Shown here: in pieces, positions 36,401 to 51,400 of the stretch
How positions within the stretch are numbered: the stretch's first letter is position 1
Layout: every line of letters starts with the position of its first letter
NCBI GenBank assembly: GCA_030390025.1
Contig: CM059431.1
Coordinates: 146,818,001-146,882,000 of the forward strand
Direction of reading: 5' to 3'
Source: Squalus acanthias
Lineage: Eukaryota
DNA length: 64,000 nt
The notes under the pieces: generated by a model
The model's database searches: none
The model's input: only the letters and a program-made list of their open reading frames with translations
Told to the model about the DNA's origin: nothing
Position numbers and translations under genes: made by a program

Positions 36401-39400
36401 AATTCCCAATCCCACGGGTTTCCGCACTCAGCCAGTTCCCAGTCCAACGGGATCCCGCACTCTGCAGATCCCAATCCCACGGGTTCCCACACTCTGCCAG
36501 ATCCCAGTGTCATGGTTTTCCGCACTCTGCCAGATCCCAGTCCCACGGGTTCCCGCACTCTGTCAGATCCCAGTCTCACGGGTTCTCACAATCTGTCTGA
36601 TCCCAGTCCCACGGGTTCCCGCACTCTGCCAGATCCCAGTCCCACGGGATCCCGCACTCTGCCAGTTCCCAATCCCACGGGTTCACACACTCTGCCAGAT
36701 CCCAGTCTCACGGTTTTCCACATGCTGCCAGATCCCAGTCCCACGGGTTCCCACACTCTGCCAGATCCCAGTCTCATGGGTTCTCACAATCTGTCTGATC
36801 CCAGTCCCACGGGTTCCTGCACTCTGCCAGATCCCAGTCCCACGGGTTCCCGCACTCTGCCAGATCCCAGTCCCACGGGTTCACACACACTGCCAGATCC
36901 CAGTTCCACGGATTCCTGCACTCTGCCAGTTCCCAGTTCCACGGGTTCACACACTCTGCCAGATCCCAGTCTCACGGTTTTCCGCACGCTGCCAGATCCC
37001 AGTCCCACGGGTTCCCACACTCTGCCAGTTCCCAGTCCCACGGGTTCCCACCCTCTGCCAGATCAGAGTCCCAAGGGTTCCCATACTCTGACAGTTCCCA
37101 GTCCCACGAGTTCCCACAATCTGTCAGATTCCAGTCCCACGGGTTCCCACACTCTGCCAGATCCCAGTCCCACGGGTTCCCACACTCTGCCAGATCCCAG
37201 TCCCACGGGTTCCCGCACCTTGCCAGTTCCCAGTCCAACGGGTTCCCGCACTCTGTCAGATTCCAGTCCCACGGGTTCCCACACCCTGACAGTTCCCAGT
37301 CCCACGGGTTCCCACTCTCTGCAAGATCCCAGTCTCACGGGTTCCCGCACTCTGCCAGTTTCCAGTCCCACGGGTTCCCACAATCTATCAGATCCCAGTC
37401 TCATGGGTAGCTGCACTCGGCCAGTTTCCAGTCCCACGGGTTCCCACAATCTGTCAGATCCCAGTCTCACAGGTTCCCACAATCTGTCTGATCCCAGTGC
37501 CACGGGTTCCCGCACTCTGCCAGATCCCAGTCCCACGGGTTCCCGCACTCTGCCAGTTCCCAGTCCCACGGATTCCTGAAATCGGCCAGTTCCCAGTCCC
37601 ACGGGTTCACGCACTCTGCCAGATCCCAGTCTCACGGTTTTCCGCACGCTGCCAGATCCCAGTCCCACGGGTTCCCACAATCTGCCAGTTCCCAGTCCCA
37701 CGGGTTCCCACACTCTGCCAGATCAGAGTCCCAAGGGTTCCCATACTCTGCAAGTTCCCAGTCCCACGGGTTCCCACACTCTGCCAGATCCCAGTCCCAC
37801 GGGTTCCCGCACCCTGCCAGTTCCCAGTCCAACGGGTTCCCGCACTCTGCCAGATCCCAGTCTCAGGGGTTCCAGCACTCTGCCAGTTCCCATATCCACG
37901 GGTTCCCACACTCTGCCAGTTCCCAGTCCCACGGGTTCCCACACTCTGCCAGATCCCAGTCCCACGGGTTCCCACACTCTGCCAGTTCCCAGTCCCACGG
38001 ATTCCCACACTCTGACAGTTCCCAGTCCCACTGGTACACGCATTCTGACAGATTCCAGCCTCAAGGGTTTCCGCACTCAGCCACATCCCAGTCACACGTG
38101 TACCCACATTCTGTCAAATCCCAGTCCACGGCTTCCCGCACCCTGCCAGTTCCCAGTCCCACGTGTACCCACTCTCTGTCTGATCCCAGTCCCACGGGTT
38201 CCCGCTCCCTGCCAGTTCCCAGTCCCACGGGTTCCCGCACTCTGCCAGTTCCCAGTCTCACGGGTAGCTGCACTCTGCCAGTTTCCAGTCCCACAGGTTC
38301 CCACAATCTTTCAGATCCCAGCCTCATGGGTTCCCACAATCTATCAGATCCCAGTCTCACGTGTTCCCACAATCTGCCAGATCCCAGTCCCACGGGTCCA
38401 GCACTCTGCCAGTTTGAAGTCCCACGGGTTCCAGCACTCTGGCATTTCCCAGTCCCACGGGTTCCCGCACTCTGCCAGATCCCAATCCCACGGATTCCCA
38501 CACTCTGCCAGATCCCAGTCCCACGGGTTCCCAAACTCTGCCAGATCCCTGTCTCACGGGTTCCCACACTCTGGCAGATCCCTGTCCCACGGTTTCCCAC
38601 GGTCTGCTAATTCCCAATCCCACGGGTTTCCGCACTCTGCCAGTTCCCAGTCCCACGGGTTCCCACACTCTGCCAAATCCCAGTCCCACGGGTTTCCGCA
38701 CTCTGCCAGTGCCCAGTCCCACGGGTTCCCACACTCTGCCAGTTCCCAGTCCCACGGGTACACGCACTCTGCCAGTTCCCATTCCCACGGGTTCCCACAC
38801 TCTGTCAGATCCCAGTCCCACGGGTTCCCACACTCTGCCAGATCCCAGTCCCACGGGTTCCCACACTCTGCCAGTTCCCAGTCCCACGGGTTCCCACACT
38901 GTGCCAGATCCCAATCCCACTGGTTCCCACACTCTGCCAGTTCCCAGTCCCACGGTTTCCCACACTCTGCCAGTTTCCAGTCCCACTGGTACACGCATTC
39001 TGACAGATCCCAGCCTCAAGGGTTTCCGCACTCTGCCACATCCCAGTCACACGTGTACCCACGTTCTGGCAAATCCCAGTCCACGGATTCCCGCACCCTG
39101 CCAGCTCCCAGTCCAACGTGTACCCAGACTCTGTCAGATCCCAGTCCCACGGTTTCCCACACTCTGCCAGATCCCAGTCCAACGGAGTCCAGCACTCAGC
39201 CAGTTCCCAGTCCGACGGGATCACAAACTCTGGCATTTTCCAGTCCAACGGGTTCCCCCACTCTGCCAGATCCCAGTCCCACGGGTTACCGCACTCTGCC
39301 ATTTTCCAGTCCCACGGGTTCCCGCATTCTGCCAGGTCCCAATCCCACGGGTTCCCACACTCAGCCAGATCCCAGTGTCACGGTTTTCCGCAGTCTGCCA

Positions 39401-42400
39401 GATCCCAGTCCCACGGGTTCCCACACTCTGCCAGATCCCAGTCTCACGGGTTCCCACACTCTGCCAGTTCCCAGTCCCACTGGTTCACGCACTCAGCCAG
39501 CTCCCAATCCCACGGGTTCCCACACTTTGCCAGTTCCCAGTCCCACTGGTACACGCATTCTGACAGATTCCAGCCTCAGCGGTTTTCCACTCTCTGCCCC
39601 ATCCCAGTCACACGTGTACCCACGTTCTGTCAAATCCCAGTCCACGGATTCCCGCATCCTGCCAGTTCCCAGTCCCACGTGTACCCACACTCTGTCAGAT
39701 CCCAGTCCCACGGTTTCCAACACTCGGCCAGATCCCAGTCCCACGTGTACCCACACTCTGTCAAATCCCAGTCCCACGGGTTCCAGCACTCTGCCAGATC
39801 CCAGTCCCACGTGTACCCACACTCTGTCAAATCCCAGTCCCACGGGTTCCAGCACTCTGTCAAATCCCAGTCCCACGGTTTCCCAGACTCTGTCAGATCC
39901 CAGTCTCACGGGTTCCAGCACTCTGCCAGTTCCCAGTCCCACGGGTCCCGCACTCTGCTGAACCCAGTCCCACGGGTTCCAGCACTCTGCCAGTTCCCAG
40001 TCCCACGGGTCCCCAACTCTGCCAGATGCCAGTGTCACGGTTTTCCGCACTCTGCCAGATCCCAGTCCCCGGGTTCCCACACTCTGCCAGGTCAGAGTCC
40101 CAAGGGTTCCCACACTCTGCCAGTTCCCAGTCCCACGGGTTCCCACACTCTGCCAGATCCCAGTCCAACGGAGTCCAGCACTCAGCCAGTTCCCAGTCCG
40201 ACGGGATCACAAACTCTGGCATTTCCCAGTCCAACGGGTTCCCCCACTCTGCCAGATCCCAGTCCCACGGGTTACCGCACTCTGCCATTTTCCAGTCCCA
40301 CGGGTTCCCGCACTCTGCCAGATCCCAATCCCACGGGTTCCCACACTCAGCCAGATCCCAGTGTCACGGTTTTCCGCAGTCTGCCAGATCCCAGTCCCAC
40401 GGGTTCCCAGACTCTGCCAGATCCCAGTCTCACGGGTTCCCACACTCTGCCAGTTCCCAGTCCCACTGGTTCACGCACTCAGCCAGAACCCAATCCCACG
40501 GGTTCCCACACTTTGCCAGTTCCCAGTCCCACTGGTACACGCATTCTGACAGATTCCAGCCTCAGCGGTTTTCCACTCTCTGCCCCATCCCAGTCACACG
40601 TGTACCCACGTTCTGTCAAATCCCAGTCCACGGATTCCCGCACCCTGCCAGTTCCCAGTCCCACGTGTACCCACACTCTGTCAGATCCCAGTCCCACGTG
40701 TACCCACACTCTGTCAAATCCCAGTCCCACGGGTTCCAGCACTCTGCCAGATCCCAGTCCCACGTGTACCCACACTCTGTCAAATCCCAGTCCCACGGGT
40801 TCCAGCACTCTGTCAAATCCCAGTCCCACGGTTTCCCAGACTCTGTCAGATCCCAGTCTCACGGGTTCCAGCACTCTGCCAGTTCCCAGTCCCACGGGTC
40901 CCGCACTCTGCTGAACCCAGTCCCACGGGTTCCAGCACTCTGCCAGTTCCCAGTCCCACGGGTCCCCAACTCTGCCAGATGCCAGTGTCACGGTTTTCCG
41001 CACTCTGCCAGATCCCAGTCCCCCGGGTTCCCACACTCTGCCAGGTCAGAGTCCCAAGGGTTCCCACACTCTGCCAGTTCCCAGTCCCACGGGTTCCCAC
41101 ACTCTGCCAGATCCCAGTCCAACGGAGTCCAGCACTCAGCCAGTTCCCAGTCCGACGGGATCACAAACTCTGGCATTTCCCAGTCCAACGGGTTCCCCCA
41201 CTCTGCCATTTTCCAGTCCCACGGGTTCCCGCACTCTGCCAGATCCCAATCCCACGGGTTCCCACACTCAGCCAGATCCCAGTGTCACGGTTTTCCGCAG
41301 TCTGCCAGATCCCAGTCCCACGGGTTCCCAGACTCTGCCAGATCCCAGTCTCACGGGTTCCCACACTCTGCCAGTTCCCAGTCCCACTGGTTCACGCACT
41401 CAGCCAGAACCCAATCCCACGGGTTCCCACACTTTGCCAGTTCCCAGTCCCACTGGTACACGCATTCTGACAGATTCCAGCCTCAGCGGTTTTCCACTCT
41501 CTGCCCCATCCCAGTCACACGTGTACCCACGTTCTGTCAAATCCCAGTCCACGGATTCCCGCACCCTGCCAGTTCCCAGTCCCACGTGTACCCACACTCT
41601 GTCAGATCCCAGTCCCACGGTTTCCAACACTCGGCCAGATCCCAGTCCCACGTGTACCCACACTCTGTCAAATCCCAGTCCCACGGGTTCCCAGCACTCT
41701 GCCAGATCCCAGTCCCACGTGTACCCACACTCTGTCAAATCCCAGTCCCACGGGTTCCAGCACTCTGTCAAATCCCAGTCCCACGGGTTCCCAGACTCTG
41801 TCAGATCCCAGTCTCACGGGTTCCAGCACTCTGCCAGTTCCAGTCCCACGGGTCCCGCACTCTGCTGAACCCAGTCCCACGGGTTCCAGCACTCTGCCAG
41901 TTCCCAGTCCACGGGTCCCCAACTCTGCAGATGCCAGTGTCACGGTTTTCCGCACTCTGCCAGATCCCAATCCCACGGGTTCCCACACTCAGCCAGATCC
42001 CAGTGTCACGGTTTTCCGCAGTCTGCCAGATCCCAGTCCCACGGGTTCCCAGACTCTGCCAGATCCCAGTCTCACGGGTTCCCACACTCTGCCAGTTCCC
42101 AGTCCCACTGGTTCACGCACTCAGCCAGAACCCAATCCCACGGGTTCCCACACTTTGCCAGTTCCCAGTCCCACTGGTACACGCATTCTGACAGATTCCA
42201 GCCTCAGCGGTTTTCCACTCTCTGCCCCATCCCAGTCACACGTGTACCCACGTTCTGTCAAATCCCAGTCCACGGATTCCCGCACCCTGCCAGTTCCCAG
42301 TCCCACGTGTACCCACACTCTGTCAGATCCCAGTCCCACGGTTTCCAACACTCGGCCAGATCCCAGTCCCACGTGTACCCACACTCTGTCAAATCCCAGT

Positions 42401-45400
42401 CCCACGGGTTCCAGCACTCTGCCAGATCCCAGTCCCACGTGTACCCACACTCTGTCAAATCCCAGTCCCACGGGTTCCAGCACTCTGTCAAATCCCAGTC
42501 CCACGGTTTCCCAGACTCTGTCAGATCCCAGTCTCACGGGTTCCAGCACTCTGCCAGTTCCCAGTCCCACGGGTCCCGCACTCTGCTGAACCCAGTCCCA
42601 CGGGTTCCAGCACTCTGCCAGTTCCCAGTCCCACGGGTCCCCACACTCTGCCAGATCCAGTGTCCCACGGTTTCCGACACTCGTCAGTTCCCAGTCCCAC
42701 GGGTTCCCACACTCTGCCAGATCAGAGTTCCCAGGTTCCCACACTCTGCCAGTTCCCAGTCCCACGGGTCCCACACTCTGCCAGATCCCAGTCCACGGTT
42801 CCAGCACTCTGCCAGTCCCAGTCCACGGATTCAGCACTCTGCCAGTTCCCAGTCCACGGGTTTCCCCACTCTGCCAGATCCCAGTCCCACGGGTAGCTGA
42901 ACTCTGCCAGTTTCCAGTCCCACGGTTTCCGCACTCTGCCAGTTCCCAGTCTCAAGGGTTCCCACACTCTGCCAGATCCCAGTCCACGGGTTCCCGCACT
43001 CTGCCAGATCCCAGTCCCACGGTTCCCAGACTCTGCCAGTTCCAGTCCCACGGGTTCCCACACTCTGCCAGTTCCCAGTCCCACGGGTTCCCACACTCTG
43101 CCTGATCCCAGTCCCACGGGTACCCACACTCTGCCAGTTCCCAGTCCCACTGGTACACGCATTCTGACAGATTCCAGCCTCAGCGGTTTTCCACTCTCTG
43201 CCCCATCCCAGTCACACGTGTACCCACGTTCTGTCAAATCCCCGTCCACGGATTCCCGCACCCTGCCAGTTCCCAGTCCCACGTGTACCCACACTCTGTC
43301 AGATCCCAGTCCCACGGTTTCCAACACTCGGCCAGATCCCAGTCCCACGTGTACCCACACTCTGTCAAATCCCAGTCCCACGGGTTCCAGCACTCTGCCA
43401 GATCCCAGTCCCACGTGTACCCACACTCTGTCAAATCCCAGTCCCACGGGTTCCAGCACTCTGTCAAATCCCAGTCCCACGGGTTCCCAGACTCTGTCAG
43501 ATCCCAGTCTCACGGGTTCCAGCACTCTGCCAGTTCCCAGTCCCACGGGTCCCGCACTCTGCTGAACCCAGTCCCACGGGTTCCAGCACTCTGCCAGTTC
43601 CCAGTCCCACGGGTCCCCAACTCTGCCAGATGCCAGTGTCACGGTTTTCCGCACTCTGCCAGATCCCAGTCCCCCGGGTTCCCACACTCTGCCAGGTCAG
43701 AGTCCCAAGGGTTCCCACACTCTGCCAGTTCCCAGTCCCACGGGTTCCCACACTCTGCCAGATCAGAATCCCACGGGTTCCCACACTCTGCCAGTTGCCA
43801 GTCCCACTGGTACACGCATTCTGACAGATTCCAGTCTCAAAGGTTCCCACAATCTGTCAGATTCCAGTCCCATGGGTCCCCGCAATCTGCCAGATCTCAG
43901 TCCCACGGGTTCCCGCACTCTGTCTGATCCCAGTCCCACGGGTCGCCGCACCCTGCCAGTTCCCAGTCCGACAGGTTCCCACTCTCTGCCAGATCCCAGT
44001 CTCACGGGTTCCCGCACACTGCCATTTTCCAGTCCCACGGGTTCCCACACTCTGTCAGATCCCAGTCTCACGGCTTCCCGCACTCTGGCACTTCCCAGTC
44101 CAACGGATTCCTGCACTCTGCCAGTTCACAATCCCACGGGTCACCGCGCTCTGCCAGATCCCAGTCCAACGGCTTTCCGCACTCTGCCAGTTGCCAGTCC
44201 CACGGGTTACCACACTCTGCCAGATCCCAGTCCCACGGGTTCCCACACTCTGCCAGTTCCCAGTCCCACGGGTTCCCACACTCTGCCAGGTCAGAATCCC
44301 ACGGGTTCCCACACTCTGCCAGATCCCAGTCCCACTGTTACAAGCATTCTGACAGATTCCAGTCTCAAGGTTTCCCACAATCTGTCAGATTCCAGTCCCA
44401 CGCATTCCCGCACTCTGCCAGATCCCACTCCCACGTGTACCCACAGTCTGCCAGTTTCCAGTCCCACGGGTTCCCACACTCTGCCAGTTACCAGTCCCCC
44501 TGGTACACGCATTCTGACAGATTCCAGTCTCACGGGTTCCCGCACTCTGCCACATCCCAGTCACACGGGTTCCCACACTCTGTCAAATCCCAGTCCACGG
44601 ATTCCCGCACCCTGCCAGTTCCCAGTTCCACGGGTTCCCGCACTCTGTCAGATCCCAGTCTCACGGGTAGCTGAACTCTGACAGTTTCCAGTCCCACGGG
44701 TTCCCACAATCTGTCAGATCCCAGTCTCACGGGTTCCCACAATCTGTCTGATCCCAGTCCCACGGGTTCCCGCACTCTGCCAGATCCCAGTCTCACGGGT
44801 TCCCACTCTCTGCCAGATCCCAGTCCCACGGGTTCCAGCACTCTGCCAGTTTCCAGTCCCACGGGTTCCCACTCTCTGCCAGACCAAAATCCCACGGGTT
44901 TCTGCACTCTGCCAGTTCCCAGTCCCACGGGATCCCACACTCTGCCAGATCCCAGTCCCACGGGTTCCCACACTGTGCCAGATCCCAGACCCACTGGTTC
45001 CCACACTCTGCCAGTTCCCAGTCCCACGGGTTCCCACACTCTGCCAGTTCCCAGTCCCACGGGTTCCCACACTGTGCCAGATCCCAGACCCACTGGTTCC
45101 CACACTCTGCCAGTTCCCAGACCCACTGGTTCCCACACTCTGCCAGTTCCCAGTCCCACGGGTTACCACACTGTGCCAGATCCCAGTCCCACGGGTTCCC
45201 GCACTCTGCCAGTTCCCAGTCCCACGGGTTCCCACACACTGCCAGATCCCAGTCCCACTGGGACACGCATTCTGACAGATTCCAGCCTCAAGGGTTTCCA
45301 CACTCTGCCACATCCCAGTCACACGTGTACCCACGTTCTGTCAAATCCCAGTCCACGGATTCCCGCACCCTGCCAGTTCCCAGTCCCACGTGTACCCACA

Positions 45401-48400
45401 CTCTGTCAGATCCCAGTCCCAGCGGTTCCCACACTCTGCCAGATCCCAGTCCCACGTGTACCCACACTCTGTCAAATCCCAGTCCCACGGGTACCCGCAC
45501 TGTGCCAGATCCCAATCTCACGGGTTCCCACTCTCTGCCAGATCCCAGTCCGACGGATTCCAGCGCTCTGCCAGTTTCCAGTCTCACGGGTTCCCGCACT
45601 CTGTCAGATCCCAGTCTCACGGGTTCCCGCAATCTGCTAGATCTCTTCCCACGGGTTCCCACACTCTGCCTGTTCCCAGTCCCACGGGTTCACAAACTCT
45701 GGCATTTCCCAGTCCAACGTGTTCCCCCACTCTGCCAGATCCCAATCCTACGGATTCCCACACTCTGCCAGTTCCCAGTCCCACGGGTTCCCGCACTCAG
45801 CCAGATCCCAATCCCACGGGTTCCCACACTCTGCCAGTTCCCAGTCCCACGGGTTCCCACACTCTGCCAGTACCCAGTCCCACTGGTACACGCATTCTGA
45901 CAAAATCCAGCCTCAAGGGTTTCCGCACTCTGCCGCATCCCAGTCACACGTGTACCCACATTCTGTCAAATCCCAGTCCACGGATTCCCGCACCCTGCCA
46001 GTTCCCAGTCCCACGTGTACCCACACTCTGTCAGATCCCAGTCCCACGGGTTCCCGCACTCTGCCAGATCCCAATCCCACGGGTTCCCACACTCTGCCAG
46101 TTCCCAGTCCCACAGGTTCCCACACTCTGCCAGATCAGAATCCCACGGGTTCCCACACTCTACTTGTTCCCAGTCCCACTGGTACACGCATTCTGACAGA
46201 TTCCAATCTCAAGGTTTCCCACAATCTGTCAGATTCCAGTCCCACGGGTTCCCGCACTCTGCCAGATCCCAGTCCCACGTGTACCCACACTCTGCCAGAT
46301 CCCAGTCCCACGGGTTCCCACACTCTGCCAGTACCCAGTCCCACGGATTCCTGCACTCTGCCAGTTCCCAGTCCCACGGGTTCCCGCACTCTGCCAGTTC
46401 CCAGTCCCACGGGTTCCCAAACTCTGGCATTTCCCAGTCCAACGGATTCCTGCACTCTGCCAGATCCCAGTCTCAAGGTTTTCCGCACTCTGCCAGATCC
46501 CAGTTCCACGGTTTCCCACACTCTGCCTGATCCCAGTTCCACGGGTACCCACACTCTGCCAGTTCCCAGTCCCACGGGTACCCACACTCTGCCAGATCCC
46601 AGTCCCACGGGTTCCCACACTCTGTCTGATCCCAGTCCCACGAGTACCCGCACCCTGCCTGCTCCCAGTTCCACGTGTATCCACACTCTGCCAGTTCCCA
46701 GTCCCACGGGTTCCCACTCTCTGCCAGATCCCAGTACCACGGGATCCCACACTCTGCCTGATCCCAGTCCCACGGGTTCCCGCACACTGCCATTTTCCAG
46801 TCCCACGGGTTCCCGCACTCTGCCAGATCCCAGTCCCACGGGTTGCCACTCTCTGTCAGTTCCCAGTCCCACTGGTACACGCATTCTGACAGATTCCAGT
46901 CCCACGGGTTCCCACACTCTGCCTAATCCCAGTCCCACGTGTACCCACACTCTGTCTGATCCCAGTCCCACGGGTACCCGCACCCTGCCAGTTCACAGTC
47001 CCACGTGTATCCACACTCTGCCAGTTCCCAGTCCCACGGGTTCCCACTCTCTGCCAGATCCCAGTCTCACGGGTTCCCGCACTCTGCCAGTTCCCAGTCC
47101 CACGGGTTCCCACAATCTGTCAGATCCCAGTCTCACGGGTTTCCACAATCTGTCTGATCCCAGTCCCACGGGTTCCCGCACTCTGCCAGATCCCAGTCTC
47201 AAAGGTTCCCACTCTCTGCCAGATCCCAGTCCCACGGATTCCAGCACTCTGCCAGTTTGCAGTCCCACGGGTTCCAGCACTCTGTCAGATCCCAGTCTCA
47301 CGGGTTCCAGCACTCTGCCAGTTCCCAGTCCCACGGGTTCCCCCACTCTGCCAGTTCCCAGTTCCACGGGTTCCCACACTCAGCCAGTTCCCAGTCCCAC
47401 GGATTCCTGCACTCTGACAGATCCCAGTCCCACGGGTTCCCCCACTCTGCCAGTTCCCAGTCCCACGGGTTCCCAAACTCTGGCATTTCCCAGTCCCACG
47501 GGTTCCCGCACTCTGACAGATCCCAATCCCACGGGTACCCACACACTGCCAGTTCCCAGTCCCACGGATTCCTGCACTCTGCCAGCTCCCAATCCCACGG
47601 GTTCCCACACTCTGCCTGATCCCAGTCCCACGGGTTCCCGCACACTGCCATTTTCCAGTCCCACGGGTTCCCGCACTCTGCCAGATCCCAGTCCCACGGG
47701 TTCCCACACTCTGCCTGATCCCAGTCCCACGGGTACCCACACTCTGCCAGTTCCCAGTCCCACGGTTCCCACACTCTGCCAGATCAGAGTCCCAAGAGTT
47801 CCCACACTCTGCCAGTTCCCAGTCCCACGGTTCCCACACTCTGCTAGATCCCAGTCCCAAGGGTTCCCAAACTCTGCCAGTTCCCAGTCCCACTGGAACA
47901 CGCATTCTGACAGATTCCAGTCTCAAGAGTTCCCACACTCTGCCAGTTCCCAGTCCCACGGGTTCCCAAACTCTGGCACTTCCCATTCCCACGGGTTCCC
48001 ACACTCTGCTAGATCAGAGTCCCAAGGGTTCCCACACTCTGCCAATTCCCAGTCCCACGGGTTCCCACACTCTGCCAATTCCCAGTCCCAAGGGTTCCCA
48101 CACTCTGCCAATTCCCAGTCCCAAGGGTTCCCACACTCTGCCATTTTCCAGTCCCTCGGGTTCCCGCACTCTGCCAGATCCCAGTCTCACGGTTTTCCGC
48201 ACTCTGCCAGATCCCAGACTCACGGGTTCCCACATTCTGCCTGATCCCGGTCCCACGGTTCCCACACTCTGCCAGATCAGAGTCCCAAGAGTTCCCACAC
48301 TCTGCCAGTTCCCAGTCCCACGGGTTCCCACACTCTGCCAGGTCCCAGTCCCACGGGTTCCCACACTCTGAAAGTTCCCAGTCCCACGGTTCCCCCACGC

Positions 48401-51400
48401 TGCCAGTTCCCAGTCCCACGGGTTCCCGCACTCTGCCAGTTCCCAGTCCCACGGGTTCCCACACTCTGCCAGTTCCCAGTCCCACGGTTCCCACACACTG
48501 CCAGATCAGAGTCCCAAGGGTTCCCGCACTATGCCAGTTTCCGGTCCCACGGTTTCCCACTCTCTGCCAGATCCCAGTCCCACGGGTTCCCGCACTCTGC
48601 CAGTTCCCAGTCCCACGGGTTCCCGCGCTCTGCCAGTTTCCAGTCTCACGGGTTCCCACAATCTGTCTGATCCCAGTCCCGCGGGTTCCCGCACTCCGCC
48701 AGATCCCAGTCTCACGGGTTCCAGCACTCTGCCAGTTCCCAGTCCCACGGATTCCTGCACTCTGCCAGTTTCCAGTCCCACGGGTTGACACACTCTGCCA
48801 GATGCCAGTCTCACGGTTTTCCGCACTCTGCCAGATCACAGTCCCACGGGTTCCCACAATCTGCCAGTTCCCAGTCACACGTGTACCCACACTCTGTCAA
48901 ATCCCAGTCCACGGATTCCCGCACCCTGCCAGTTCCCAGTCCCACGGGTTCCCAAACTCTGGCACTTCCCATTCCCACGGGTTCCCACACTCTACTAGAT
49001 CAGAGTCCCAAGGGTTCCCACACTCTGCCAATTCCCAGTCCCACGGGATCGCATTTTCTGCCAATTCCCAGAACCAAGGGTTCCCACACTCTGCCAATTC
49101 CCAGTCCCAAGGGTTCCCACACTCTGCCATTTTCCAGTCCCTCGGGTTCCCGCACTCTGCCAGATCCCAGTCTCACGGTTTCCCGCACTCTGCCAGATCC
49201 CAGTCCCACGGGTTCCCACACTCTGCCTGATCCCGCTCCCACGGGTTCCCACACTCTGCCAGTTCCCAGTCCCACGGTTCCCACACTCTGCCAGATCAGA
49301 GTCCCAAGAGTTCCCACACTCTGCCTGTTCCCAGTCCCACGGGTTCCCGCACTCTGCCAGGTCCCAGTCCCATGGGTTCCCACAATCTGCCAGTTCCCAG
49401 CCCCACGGTTCCCCCACTCTGCCAGTTCCCAGTCCCACGGGTTCCCGCACTCTGCCAGTTCCCAGTACCACGGGTTCCCACACTCTGCCTGTTCCCAGTC
49501 CCACGGTTCCCACACTCTGCCAATTCACAGTCCCACGGGTTCCCGCACTCTGCCAGTTTCCAGTCCCACGGGTTCCCACAATCTGTCAGATCCCAGTTTT
49601 ACGGGTTCCCACAATCTGTCTGATCCCAGTCCCACGGGATCCCGCACTCTGCCAGATCCCAGTCTCACGGGTTCCCACACTCTGCCAGTTCCCAGTCTCA
49701 CGGGTTCCCACTCTCTGCCAGATCCCAGTCCCACGGGTATCCGCACTCTGCCAGTTCCCAGTCCCACGGGTTCCCACACTCTGCCAGATCCCAGTCACAC
49801 GGGTTCCCACACTCTGTCTGATCCCAGTCCCACGGGTACCCGCACCCTGCCTGCTCCCAGTTCCACGTGTATCCACACTCTGCCAGTTCCCAGTCCCACG
49901 GGTTCCCACTCTCTGCCAGATCCCAGTACCACGGGATCCCACACTCTGCCAGATCAGAGTCCCAAGGGTTCCCACTCTCTGTCAGTTCCCAGTCCCACTG
50001 GTACACGCATTCTGACAGATTCCAGTTTCAAGTGTTCCCACAATCTGTCAGATTCCAGTCCCACGGGTTCCCACACTGTGCCTAATCCCAGTCCCACGTG
50101 TACCCACACTCTGTCTGATCCCAGTCCCACGGGTACCCGCACCCTGCCAGTTCCCAGTCCCACGTGTATCCACACTCTGCCAGTTCCCAGTCCCACGGCT
50201 TCCCACTCTCTGCCAGATCCCAGTCTCACGGGTTCCCGCACTCTGCCAGTTCCCAGTCCCACGGGTTCCCACAATCTGTCAGATCCCAGTCTCACGGGTT
50301 CCCACAATCTGTCTGATCCCAGTCCCACGGGTTCCCGCACTCTGCCAGATCCCAGTCTCAAAGGTTCCCACTCTCTGCCAGATCCCAGTCCCACGGATTC
50401 CAGCACTCTGCCAGTTTGCAGTCCCACGGGTTCCAGCACTCTGTCAGATCCCAGTCTCACGGGTTCCAGCGCTCTGCCAGTTCCCAGTCCCACGGGTTCC
50501 CCCACTCTGCCAGTTCCCAGTTCCACGGGTTCCCACACTCAGCCAGTTCCCAGTCCCACGGATTCCTGCACTCTGACAGATCCCAGTCCCACGGGTTCCC
50601 CCACTCTGCCAGTTCCCAGTCCCACGGGTTCCCAAACTCTGGCATTTCCCAGTCCCACGGGTTCCCGCACTCTGCCAGATCCCAATCCCACGGGTACCCA
50701 CACACTGCCAGTTCCCAGTCCCACGGATTCCTGCACTCTGCCAGCTCCCAATCCCACGGGTTCCCACACTCTGCCTGATCCCAGTCCCACGGGTTCCCGC
50801 ACACTGCTATTTTCCAGTCCCACGGGTTCCCGCACTCTGCCAGATCCCAGTCCCACGGTTTTACGCACTCTGCCAGATCCCAGTCCCACGGGTTCCCACG
50901 CTCTGCCTGATCCCAGTCCCACGGGTACCCACACTCTGCCAGTTCCCAGTCCCACGGTTCCCACACTCTGCCAGATCACAGTCCCACGGGTTACCACACT
51001 CTGCTAGATCCCAGTCCCAAGGGTTCCCAAACTCTGCCAGTTCCCAGTCCCACTGGAACACGCATTCTGACAGATTCCAGTCTCAAGAGTTCCCACACTC
51101 TGCCAGTTCCCAGTCCCACGGGTTCCCAAACTCTGGCACTTCCCATTCCCACGGGTTCCCACACTCTGCTAGATCAGAGTCCCAAGGGTTCCCACATTCT
51201 GCCAATTTCCAGTCCCACGGGTTCCCACACTCTGCCAATTCCCAGTCCCAAGGGTTCCCACACTCTGCCATTTTCCAGTCCCTCGGGTTCCCGCACTCTG
51301 CCAGATCCCAGTCTCACGGTTTTCCACACTCTGCCAGTTCCCAGTCCCACGGTTCCCACACTCTGCCAGATCAGAGTCCCAAGAGTTCCCACACTCTGCC

